DNA of 64,000 nt from Puniceicoccales bacterium (GTDB taxonomy: Bacteria; Verrucomicrobiota; Verrucomicrobiia; Opitutales; JAIRLG01): NCBI GenBank assembly GCA_031288595.1, contig JAITRB010000004.1, positions 9,491 to 73,490 of the forward strand, written 5' to 3'. The notes under the pieces were generated by a model. The model ran no database searches, was not told the DNA's origin, and saw only the letters and a list, made by a program, of their open reading frames with translations. Both the position numbers and the translations under genes were made by a program. This document shows positions 56,259 to 64,000 of the stretch, piece by piece. The first letter of the stretch is position 1. Every line of letters starts with the position of its first letter.

Positions 56259-56753
56259 CTAGGAAACCGAAGGGACATTTGGAGAAACTGCGGCACGGGA
56301 AGGAAGGAGCAGAAGGGCAGCGACGGCAATGCAGATGGCAGTGTCGGCAAGATTGAAGCTCGGCCAGCGATAGAAGGGCAGGTGGATGTCGATGAAATCC
56401 GTAACGCAGCCATAGCGCAGTCGGTCGAGAACATTTCCCAGGACTCCACCGCTCAGCAATCCGTAGATGAGGGGATGCGTCTTGATCGTCTTGGCATACT
56501 GCCAGAAAATCGCGGCGATGACCAGAAGGCCCAGAATGGCGAGTCCGCAGCTACAGCCCTGGCACAGTCCCCAGGCCGCACCGGTGTTTTGGGTATGGCC
56601 GATGGAGAACCAGTGTCCGAAAACCCGAAGGGGGTTCAGGTCCAATGCCTTGGAATGGGTCCTGATGTAGTGCTTGGTGATCCCATCAGCACTGAGCACA
56701 CCTAGCAGGGTGAGGATGAAAGGAAAAAGGGGGCGCTTCAGAAGAAAGCTCAC
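56259..56753 (-). CDS. lspA: Lipoprotein signal peptidase II
   Basis: The motifs NTGAAWGL and FNLADTAICIA are present. There are 4 TM segments. The start is GTG. The gene sits in classic ileS...lspA linkage. Confidence 0.88.
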   Translation of the reverse strand: MSFLLKRPLFPFILTLLGVLSADGITKHYIRTHSKALDLNPLRVFGHWFSIGHTQNTGAAWGLCQGCSCGLAILGLLVIAAIFWQYAKTIKTHPLIYGLLSGGVLGNVLDRLRYGCVTDFIDIHLPFYRWPSFNLADTAICIAVAALLLLPSRAAVSPNVPSVS

Positions 56754-56756
56754 GTC

Positions 56757-57485
56757 CTAAACCTCGGCTTCCTCTTCCTCATCGAAGAGGGCAGATTCCT
56801 CCAGGTCACCTGAGGAAATACTCTCGGTCACGTGGACGCGCTGCAGCCGAGCGTCTTGCCGTTCTTTTTCGTCCTTACCCTCCAGCGAGTAGCGCGTGAA
56901 CGGAATGGCGAGCAGGCGTTCCGCCGCAATCGGTTTACCGGTGATCTCGCAGCGGCCGTAAGTGCCTTCGAATATGCGCCCGATGGCCCTGTCGATTTCC
57001 TTCAGAACTTCCGTCTCGTCCTCCATCAGGCTGAGGGCAAAATCCATATCGAAGTCGTCGATGGGCTCGACGGGTTCCTGTCCCTGAAGCTTCTGCTTCA
57101 GAGCGAACAGGCGTTCGTAGTGCTTCCTGAATGCCTCCGGCACCTCTTTCTCCTTTCCAGAAGAAGAAAGCGCTGAGTTCATCTGTGGATTGAAGCCGAG
57201 GAGCTCGGCGATGCCCGCGGCGGCGACGACCTTCGCCCGCACGGCCGGAGGAGCAGGCGGTGGGACGTTTGCCGGCACCTTGGGCATAAAACGGCTCTCC
57301 TCGCCAGCTTCCGAATCGAGCTGTTGCGCTTCGGCGATGGCGGCGCGCACATCTTCCATCGTGAAGACCAATAAGTCCCGATGGCTGCGGTATTCCTGAA
57401 CCTGTTTTCGTCGCCGCAGGATGCCGCTGACCGTGTCGCGATGAAGGTTTTTTTTCAGATGAGAGGTGATCATGTGCAGGGACAT
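56757..57485 (-). CDS. DksA/TraR-family protein with degenerate (Cys-poor) zinc finger and long N-terminal extension
   Basis: The C-terminus GTYGRCEITGKPIAAERLLAIPFTRYSLEG aligns to the DksA C4 finger. Only the first Cys is kept (C-x2-T-x17-S-x2-G). The start is set at the internal ATG at 57485, just after the ileS stop. Confidence 0.6.
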   Translation of the reverse strand: MSLHMITSHLKKNLHRDTVSGILRRRKQVQEYRSHRDLLVFTMEDVRAAIAEAQQLDSEAGEESRFMPKVPANVPPPAPPAVRAKVVAAAGIAELLGFNPQMNSALSSSGKEKEVPEAFRKHYERLFALKQKLQGQEPVEPIDDFDMDFALSLMEDETEVLKEIDRAIGRIFEGTYGRCEITGKPIAAERLLAIPFTRYSLEGKDEKERQDARLQRVHVTESISSGDLEESALFDEEEEAEV

Positions 57486-57499
57486 GGGACTGTACTTGG

Positions 57500-60316
57500 T
57501 TAAGAAAGACTGGCCTCTTCCAGCACTCGAAGACAGCGGCTGCAGATACTGGTGAATTTTCCAGCCGGGGCAAGATCTTCCCCACGGCGCCAACAGCGCG
57601 GGCAGCGCTCGCCAGGAGCTGGATAAATCTCAATTTCCGGTGCGTCGAGGCCCGGAGCTTCCTCGCAGTTGACCTTCGAGACGATGAAGTATTCCGACAA
57701 ATCGGCTGCGTTTTCCTTTAAAAGGCGGAAGAGCTCCTCTTCGGCCGAACCGCGGATGAGCACCTGGGCATCGAGGGACTGGCCGATGATTTTCTCCTGC
57801 CGCATCCGCTCGAGCTTCTCGTGGATTTGGGAGCGGAAGTCCAAAATACGGTCGATGAGGCCTTCGATGGCCCTGTCTTCCGGGATGTCTTCCTCTTGCG
57901 GCCATTCGCTCAGGTGGATGGACTCCGTCTTGGGCCCGGTCTGGGCCTCGTGGGCCTCATCGCAGGTGAAACTGAGGATAGGGGCTAGCAGGCGAATCAG
58001 TATGTGGAAAATCTGCTGAATCGTGCTCTGGGAGGAGCGCCGCTTCGGCCATCGGCGGCCCAGGGTATAGAGCCGGTCTTTCAGGATGTCGTGGTACCGG
58101 GCCGATAGCTCGACGTGGCAGAAGTAACGGATATGTTGGTAGGCGCGGTGAAATTCGTAGTTCTCGAAGGCATCCGTCACCTGTCGGATGAGCCTCCTCG
58201 CCTTTTGGAGTATCCAGCGGTCGAGGGGCGTCCGATCGAGAAGGGCGACCGTATCTCTGGCCGCTTCGAAGTCGAAGAGATTGCCCAGTTGGAAGCGCAG
58301 CGTATTGCGAATCGTCCGATAGGTGGCGGTAACATGGCTGAAAATGTCATCGGAAAGCGGGATGTCGTCCCGAAAGTCCTCAGAGGCGATCCACAGGCGA
58401 ACGACGTCGGCACCAAATCGCCGGACATAATCGTCGGCGGTCTGGGGCTTGCCATCGCTCTTGGAGATTTTCTTCCGGTCATCACCGACGACGAAGCCGT
58501 GGGTCAAAACGCTTCGATAGGGAGCTTGACCGTCGTTCGCGATGAGGCTTGTCCAGAGCGAGGATTGGAACCAGCCGCGGTGCTGGTCACTGCCTTCCAG
58601 GTAGAGGTCAGCCGGAAACTGCAGCGTCTCGTTCTTTTTCAGCACGGCATAGTGGCTGCTGCCGGAATCGATCCAGACGTCGAGGGTATCCTCCCCTTTG
58701 CGCAGATGCTCTCGGGACCAGGGCTTCGGGAGCTCGATGCCTTCCAGGATTTCCTCCGCGCTGGAGCGGAACCAGAAATCACTGCCGTACCGGCGGATCC
58801 TGTGGGCGACGGCGCGAATGACAGATGCATCCAGCAGTGCCTCGTCCTGCTCATTGAAAAAGACGGGGAGGGGAATCCCCCAGTTGCGCTGACGGCTGAT
58901 GCACCAGTCCGGCCGCGAGCCTACGGCCCCGCGAATGCGGTTCTCTCCCCAGGGGGGAAGCCAGCGCACCTGCCCAATCGCCTCCAACGCCCGTTGCCGG
59001 AGATCCAGGTGATCGACGGAGAAAAACCATTGCTGCATGGCCCGAAAGATGAGCGGTGTTTTCGAGCGCCAACAGTGCGGATAGGAATGAGTGATCCTCT
59101 CGCAGGCCAGCAGATGAGCGTTGTCGCGCAATTTTTGGACAACCGCTTCGTTGGCCGGAGAGCTATTTCCGGTTTCCAGAACGGAGAGACCGACCCAATC
59201 CGCTGGGATTTGCCCATCAGCGACATAACACCCCTCGTCGTCGATAGGGCTGTAGATCTCCAGCTGATAGCGCAGGCCGGTCTGGTAGTCCTCCAAGCCA
59301 TGCCCAGGTGCGGTGTGGACGCAGCCACTGCCGGCCTCGGTCGTGACGTAATCCGCCAGAACGACAGGACTCTCCCGCACTAGAAAAGGATGCCGTGTGC
59401 GCAGGCCCTCAGCATCTTTTCCGGAAAACTTTTGGCCGATGCGGTAGTTCGGAAGGGAACAGGCCTGGGCAAAGGAGGACGTGAGGGCCTCCGCGACGAT
59501 GAATTTTCCCCTTTCGGAAACGATTTCGACGTAGTCGAGCGAGGGATGGAGGGCGATGGCCAGGTTGGCGGGGATCGTCCAGGGCGTAGTCGTCCAGATG
59601 ACAAAGGCAGCCTCGTCAGAAATTCCGAGTTTCCGTGAGCGCTCGTCAGCGATGAGGGGGAAGGAGACCCAGAGGGCAAGGCTGTGGTGTGCCCTGTGCT
59701 CGACCTCCGCCTCCGCGAGGGCAGTCCTGCAGGGAATCGACCAGTAGACGGGCTTCTGGCGGCGGTAGATGTAGCCCTGCTCCACCGCCTGGGCAAAAAT
59801 TTCGAGAACGGAGGCCTCGTAGGCAGGATCCATCGTGCGGTACTCATGTTCCCAGTCCGCCAGAATACCGAGCCGTGAAAACTGCTGTCGCTGTCTGTCC
59901 CGAAACTTTTGGGAGAAGTCGGCACAGGCCCACCGCAGCTCGACGGCGGAGAGCTCGCGCTTTTCCTCGCGGATTTGTCGGGTCACTTTGTGCTCAATCG
60001 GCAGGCCGTGGCAATCCCAGCCTGGGACATAAGGCGTCCGAAAGCCCCGCATGGACTTGTAACGCAGGAGGATGTCCTTGAGAATTTTGTTCAGCGCGGT
60101 GCCGATATGAACATCCCCATTCGTGAAGGGAGGCCCGTCGTGCAGGACGAAGAGCGGGCCCTGCCGGTTCTTCTCCTGAATCTTCTCGTAGAGTCCTATG
60201 GCCTCCCAGCGGGCGATGCGCCTGGGCTCCTGCTCGGTTAGACTGGCCCGCATCGCGAAATTCGTCTGCGGAAGATTAAGGCTCTCCTTATGGTCCACAA
60301 GTCCCCCAAAATGCAA
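57500..60316 (-). CDS. ileS: Isoleucine--tRNA ligase
   Basis: The HIGH motif is GDVHIGTALN. The KMSKS motif is KISKS. The C-terminal zinc motifs are CPRCW and CSRC. The track start at 60316 is TTG. GTG at 60298 (M-DHKESLNLPQT) aligns better with known IleS N-termini. Confidence 0.96.
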   Translation of the reverse strand: MHFGGLVDHKESLNLPQTNFAMRASLTEQEPRRIARWEAIGLYEKIQEKNRQGPLFVLHDGPPFTNGDVHIGTALNKILKDILLRYKSMRGFRTPYVPGWDCHGLPIEHKVTRQIREEKRELSAVELRWACADFSQKFRDRQRQQFSRLGILADWEHEYRTMDPAYEASVLEIFAQAVEQGYIYRRQKPVYWSIPCRTALAEAEVEHRAHHSLALWVSFPLIADERSRKLGISDEAAFVIWTTTPWTIPANLAIALHPSLDYVEIVSERGKFIVAEALTSSFAQACSLPNYRIGQKFSGKDAEGLRTRHPFLVRESPVVLADYVTTEAGSGCVHTAPGHGLEDYQTGLRYQLEIYSPIDDEGCYVADGQIPADWVGLSVLETGNSSPANEAVVQKLRDNAHLLACERITHSYPHCWRSKTPLIFRAMQQWFFSVDHLDLRQRALEAIGQVRWLPPWGENRIRGAVGSRPDWCISRQRNWGIPLPVFFNEQDEALLDASVIRAVAHRIRRYGSDFWFRSSAEEILEGIELPKPWSREHLRKGEDTLDVWIDSGSSHYAVLKKNETLQFPADLYLEGSDQHRGWFQSSLWTSLIANDGQAPYRSVLTHGFVVGDDRKKISKSDGKPQTADDYVRRFGADVVRLWIASEDFRDDIPLSDDIFSHVTATYRTIRNTLRFQLGNLFDFEAARDTVALLDRTPLDRWILQKARRLIRQVTDAFENYEFHRAYQHIRYFCHVELSARYHDILKDRLYTLGRRWPKRRSSQSTIQQIFHILIRLLAPILSFTCDEAHEAQTGPKTESIHLSEWPQEEDIPEDRAIEGLIDRILDFRSQIHEKLERMRQEKIIGQSLDAQVLIRGSAEEELFRLLKENAADLSEYFIVSKVNCEEAPGLDAPEIEIYPAPGERCPRCWRRGEDLAPAGKFTSICSRCLRVLEEASLS

Positions 60317-60646
60317 TCAGCGAGCGCAAGCTGTGCCTTTTGCTTTCCCTGTCAAGAAGAGAGACCTGTCCCTGCGCATTCTAACTAAATGGAGAAAATG
60401 AGCTTGTACTTTACTCGAACAAATCATTCAGAATAAGCTTTGCAATAGAAGATTCACGGTGGAGTTGTGCGAAAATATCCAGGCGCATTTAGGGAAACTT
60501 GCGATTGGAAAGAAGGGTGGCGCGCTCATAAAATGTACAATTTTCCCGGAGAACGGGTAGAATCGAGAAATGGCATTGTCTTGACGGAAGAACTTCCTTG
60601 TTTTTCTGGAAAATACAACGGAATAGCAAAACGGCGAGAGGAAGCG

Positions 60647-61273
60647 ATGAAAACAGGAGCAGGGTCATATTTCCAAAATAAGGCCGAGGAAGAGGATGAG
60701 GAGGAAGAGAGGCCCGTGCCGGAGGCGGCGGCGGCCATGATCCAGAAATGTTTCCTTCAGGAGAGAAAGATCTTTCTCTGGGGCAGAATCGACGATGCAT
60801 CGGCGAAGGATGTGACGGAAAAGATGCTCTATCTGGAGCTGAAGGAGCCGGGCAAACCCATCCAGTTCTTCATCGATACGCCCGGGGGCTCGGTCACCTC
60901 CGGCATGGCGATCTACGACACGATGCAGTTGATCCGCTCGCCCATTCAGGTCGTCGTCACGGGATTAGCGGCCAGCATGGGATCCATCCTCCTGTCGGGA
61001 GCGCCCAAGGGCCAGCGCCTGTTGTACCCGAGTGCTCGGGTTCTGATCCATCAACCTTTGATCGCGGGGCGCTTCCGGGCCCAGGCTGTCGACATCCACA
61101 TCCAGGCGCAGGAGATGGAGAAGACCCGCGACGAGTGCAACCGCATCCTGGCTGCGGCTTCCGGTCAGCCACTGGAGAAAATCCAAAGAGATACGGATCG
61201 CGACTTCTACATGAACGCCAAAGAGGCCATTGCCTATGGTCTGGCCGACGCCATCGTCGAACGCCTGTGGTGA
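60647..61273 (+). CDS. clpP: ATP-dependent Clp protease proteolytic subunit ClpP, with acidic N-terminal extension
   Basis: The catalytic Ser context is TGLAASMGS and the His context is LIHQP. The ATG at 60647 is preceded by GAGAGGAAG. The track extension from 60467 is not supported. Confidence 0.9.
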   Translation: MKTGAGSYFQNKAEEEDEEEERPVPEAAAAMIQKCFLQERKIFLWGRIDDASAKDVTEKMLYLELKEPGKPIQFFIDTPGGSVTSGMAIYDTMQLIRSPIQVVVTGLAASMGSILLSGAPKGQRLLYPSARVLIHQPLIAGRFRAQAVDIHIQAQEMEKTRDECNRILAAASGQPLEKIQRDTDRDFYMNAKEAIAYGLADAIVERLW

Positions 61274-61297
61274 TGTGGTAATTCGATGGCGAGAAGC

Positions 61298-61327
61298 TGA
61301 GACTTTGGGGAGTGAGACTTTGGGGAG
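61298..61327. repeat. Tandem direct repeat, 2 x 15 nt (TGAGACTTTGGGGAG)
   Basis: I read two exact adjacent copies directly from the sequence. They lie 25 nt downstream of the clpP stop. Confidence 0.9.
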
Positions 61328-61381
61328 CTTTTTCACGAAGCCCAGAGGCTCGTCCTAAATCTGAGGGAAAAGCATAGCCGC

Positions 61382-61413
61382 CACGAGAATAATCTGTCAC
61401 GAGAATAATCTGT
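61382..61413. repeat. Tandem direct repeat, 2 x 16 nt (CACGAGAATAATCTGT)
   Basis: Two exact adjacent copies lie in the lower-GC convergent clpP/sctU spacer. Confidence 0.9.
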
Positions 61414-61522
61414 CGACACCCAGAAAATCCTTCTCGCCCAGTTGCGGAGAGGAGAAACACGACAGAGAGGAAAAATACGAAATAATCGCATCCACTCCAC
61501 GCATCCATGCGCCCATACCAGA

Positions 61523-61538
61523 CATAATATATATTATG
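61523..61538. repeat. Perfect 16-nt AT-rich palindrome CATAATATATATTATG
   Basis: I read it directly from the sequence. It is the most AT-rich spot of the window. Confidence 0.9.
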
Positions 61539-61665
61539 CGAAATGGATTTAAGGGCCTCCACCGCAACAGCTTTGCGCCGAAGCCCACTCTGGGGACTCC
61601 GGGTACAGGACCCTGCTTCGGGACTGGCTGCTCAGCACCATGGGATTGATCTGAGGCGTCTCTCC

Positions 61666-62748
61666 CTACTCCGCTTCTCCTTCCAATTCTAGGCCTTGGG
61701 CATGGCGTCCGCGAGAGATGTAGACCCAGCGCAGAACTTCGGCCACCGGTTCCATAAGCTCCCGGGGGATATACTCCAGAACCGTGCCCATGTCCATCAG
61801 CGCATGGGCGAGCGGTACATGGCGCATGATGGGAATACCCTCTTCCCGAGCAATGGCGATCATGCGTTCCGCCACAAGACCTATGCCCTTGGCCAGGACA
61901 AGGGGGAAGGGACATACCTGCTTTTCCGGTTCGTAGAGCAGGGCGATGGCGATATGAGACGGATTGCTCACGAGCACACTTGCTCCCCTCGTCCGCTGGG
62001 GGGGATCCTGCTCGATCATCTCGCGGTGGATCTGCTTCCGCTTGCTCTTGATCTGGGGATCGCCCTCGGATTCCTTGTACTCCCGCTTCACCTCATCCTT
62101 GCTCATCTTGAGCTGGTTCATCCAGTTGCGCCGCTGGAAGACATAGTCCGCTACGGCGAAGAGGACATAGACGAAGATGACGCTATTGGAAAAGCGCTTC
62201 AGAACCGCAGGCAGCAGCTCCATGACGCCCTCGATGCCGCTCAGTGGCAGTACGAGCAGGTCGCGGATGACATCTTTGATGACGAGGAAGATGAGGATCG
62301 AGAGGCAGAGGATCTTGATGATCGATTTCCCGAGCTCGAAGAGATTTTTTTTGGAAAAAATCTGTTTCAGCTTCGAGGCAGGATTGATCCGGTTGAGATC
62401 AGGTTTCAGGGGTTGCGTCGTGAAGAGCACGCCCACCTGGGCGAAATTGGCCACCAGGGCTAGCAGGACGACCACCCCTCCCACCGCCAGGATGATGGAG
62501 AGCATCTGCCAGAGAATGTCCCAGAGGATCGCCTCATAGGTCTCGTCGAAATCTCTCGCGAAGAAATAGGATGGGATGAGGAGGAGTTGGCAGAGTTTTT
62601 GGAAGATCTCTTCCCAGTTCATACTGATGTAGCTGAAGAGACCGATGACGAGAACGGCTGAGTTGAGATCCGTACTCTTGGCGACATTGCCCTTAGCCCG
62701 CGCATCGCGGAGACGCTTGGGGGAAGGCGCTTCGGTCTTCTCGCTCAT
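61666..62748 (-). CDS. sctU: Type III secretion export apparatus switch protein SctU (YscU/FlhB family, injectisome-like)
   Basis: The N-terminus MSEKTEAPSPKRLRDARAKGNVAKS is closer to YscU (KKLRDARKKGQVVKS) than to FlhB. There are 4 TM segments. The autocleavage site variant is NPSH (VLVSNPSHIAIAL). The start overlaps the sctT stop as ATGA. Confidence 0.85.
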   Translation of the reverse strand: MSEKTEAPSPKRLRDARAKGNVAKSTDLNSAVLVIGLFSYISMNWEEIFQKLCQLLLIPSYFFARDFDETYEAILWDILWQMLSIILAVGGVVVLLALVANFAQVGVLFTTQPLKPDLNRINPASKLKQIFSKKNLFELGKSIIKILCLSILIFLVIKDVIRDLLVLPLSGIEGVMELLPAVLKRFSNSVIFVYVLFAVADYVFQRRNWMNQLKMSKDEVKREYKESEGDPQIKSKRKQIHREMIEQDPPQRTRGASVLVSNPSHIAIALLYEPEKQVCPFPLVLAKGIGLVAERMIAIAREEGIPIMRHVPLAHALMDMGTVLEYIPRELMEPVAEVLRWVYISRGRHAQGLELEGEAE

Positions 62749-63539
62749 AGCTGAAAGAAATGGTTGATGAACTGAGCCATCTTGCCCTTGCCGTAGAAAT
62801 AGTGCCGGAAGAGCTGACCCAGGAAGGAGAAGTAGAGCAGCAGGAAGAACATCGACAGCCAGCTCTTGATCGGCATCGCCAGGACGAAGACATTGAGCTG
62901 CGGCGCGAAGCGGCTCACCATGCCCAGGCCGAATTCCGCCAGAAATAGGACGATCAGCACCGGCGCGCAGAGACAGAAGCTCACCTCCATCAGCTCATCG
63001 GCGAAGAGCAGGAAGTAGCGTGAGAGATCCGATTCTATGGTGATTGTCAGCTGAAAGACCGGCCAGATCTCGTAGGTCTTGTAGATCAGCATCATGAAGA
63101 ATAGAAATCCACCGGTGGAGAAGAAGAACACGGTCAGCATTTGGAGGAGAAAGCTGCCCAGGAGAGAGGTCTGGGTACCGGCAATCGCGTCGAAGGTGGT
63201 GGCCATGGAGGCCCCACGCTGGATGTCGATGATGAAACCGACGCTTTCCCCGACGAAGAAGATGAAGGTGCCCACAAAACCCAGCATCAGGCCGATCACG
63301 ACCTCCTTGAAGAGGATCGCGAAGAGCATCAGCAGGGGCAGTTCCTCTTTAGGGAGGGCAGGATAGAGGAAGTAGAAGAGCGGCAGTGCCATGCCCAGGA
63401 TGATCGCGTTGCGCCCCGTTCCGACGATGAACTGCTTGGAGAAGACGGGGATGATGCTCAGGGCAGCGGCCAGGCGGACGATGGAGATGAGGAGTAGGAA
63501 GCAGATACGGGTCAACTCACTCAGGGCCAAAGAATCCAT
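62745..63539 (-). CDS. sctT: Type III secretion export apparatus protein SctT (YscT/FliR family)
   Basis: The ORF is 264 aa and polytopic. It sits between sctS and sctU. The N-terminus ICFLLLISIVRLAAALSIIPVFS is typical of the family. Confidence 0.8.
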   Translation of the reverse strand: MDSLALSELTRICFLLLISIVRLAAALSIIPVFSKQFIVGTGRNAIILGMALPLFYFLYPALPKEELPLLMLFAILFKEVVIGLMLGFVGTFIFFVGESVGFIIDIQRGASMATTFDAIAGTQTSLLGSFLLQMLTVFFFSTGGFLFFMMLIYKTYEIWPVFQLTITIESDLSRYFLLFADELMEVSFCLCAPVLIVLFLAEFGLGMVSRFAPQLNVFVLAMPIKSWLSMFFLLLYFSFLGQLFRHYFYGKGKMAQFINHFFQL

Positions 63540-63551
63540 CGCCGCTGTCGC

Positions 63552-63824
63552 TTATTTCTTGATCAGGATGGAAAAGGTCGAGAAGAGCTGGTCGGCGAAG
63601 CGCAGCAATTGTCCCCCGATCCAATAGGAAGATAGGGAGAGGATGATGACGATGCAGAAGAGCTTGATGGCGAAGCCTAAAGTCTGTTCCTGTATCTGCG
63701 TCAGAGCCTGGATGAGGCTCATGCCAAGACCTACAAAGGTCGCCACGAGGATCGGCGGCATGCTCAGCATGAGCACCAGGATCATCGCCTGCGCCGTCAA
63801 ATTGATGATGTCGCTCTGATTCAT
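63552..63824 (-). CDS. sctS: Type III secretion export apparatus protein SctS (YscS/FliQ family, injectisome-like)
   Basis: The sequence MNQSDIINLTAQAMILVLMLSMPPILVATFVGLGMSLIQALTQIQEQTLGFAIKL matches the YscS pattern (SMPP..LVA, SL.QALTQIQEQTLGF), not the FliQ pattern (QAATQINEMTLSF). The start is set at ATG 63824. The track start at 63836 is TTG. Confidence 0.88.
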   Translation of the reverse strand: MNQSDIINLTAQAMILVLMLSMPPILVATFVGLGMSLIQALTQIQEQTLGFAIKLFCIVIILSLSSYWIGGQLLRFADQLFSTFSILIKK

Positions 63825-64000
63825 CACATCCCCCAAATCCTCCGAGACCAGTGGTCAGTGTAGTGCCCTTGGGTAAATGTTCAAGCTTCCTTTCAGTCTT
63901 CAGCCTCCCTGGAGATTTTCAGCTCTTCGGAGATTCTCCGGCTCTTTCAAGTTTTCGCTTCAATTTTTTGGAAGTATTTTTTCTTGGCGCGATGGCCCCT

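Noticed and set aside
61666-63836. Calling the three export-gate genes flagellar fliQ-fliR-flhB.
   Set aside because: The SctS and SctU N-terminal signatures match injectisome homologues (YscS/YscU) better than FliQ/FlhB. No flagellar genes are in the window. This is not fully excluded without phylogeny.
63837-64000. A partial sctR (fliP-family) gene upstream of sctS running off the window.
   Set aside because: I translated all three - strand frames. Two hit stops within 40-55 nt. The third ends at about 63919 with a Lys-rich tail (KKLKRKLERAGESPKS), unlike the hydrophobic SctR C-terminus.

Overview
The window is 64 kb of high-GC (about 58-60%), gene-dense bacterial chromosome. It is almost entirely core housekeeping genes of a diderm bacterium. 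The gene content hints at a PVC/Verrucomicrobia-like lineage (LptD, BamD-like, LptE-like, MsbA-like, LspA, UhpC/GlpT-type antiporter, GlgC, injectisome-type SctS/T/U), but I cannot confirm taxonomy. I call about 52 CDS: recA (5' truncated), sufD-like, miaA, lptD, recD2, a dcw fragment (murD, LysM lipoprotein, ftsW), a Nudix hydrolase, accA, nusA-infB-rbfA, an OPA-family transporter, clpC, rpsO-pnp, glgC, prfA, tilS-ftsH, bioY, prmA/msbA-like/recR, rpe, rpmF-plsX-fabH, topB, gspF, thrS, trxB, ruvB, an ACP, two orphan ABC ATPases, ileS/dksA-like/lspA, clpP and sctS-sctT-sctU. There is one tRNA-Asp(GTC). I found no rRNA, CRISPR array, IS element or prophage. Many long ORFs in the track are antisense shadow ORFs typical of high-GC DNA. 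Several track starts are TTG/GTG or spurious N-terminal extensions, and I re-placed them. The main signal not explained by genes is a dense family of 14 strictly intergenic repeats of about 92-112 nt. Each is built only of nested palindromes: a conserved closing stem (GCTGTCTTTG...CAAAGACAGC) encloses three adjacent hairpins, predicting a closed four-way junction. One arm is conserved, one is semi-conserved with compensatory changes, and one is long and different in nearly every copy. Two nearly identical copies bracket rpe. I do not recognise this family, but novelty needs a database search. Secondary observations are listed in the findings: an isolated injectisome-type sctSTU operon, a LysM lipoprotein coupled between murD and ftsW, an untracked 49-aa lipoprotein ORF coupled to rbfA, a DksA-like protein with a lost Cys4 zinc finger, and several orphan components.
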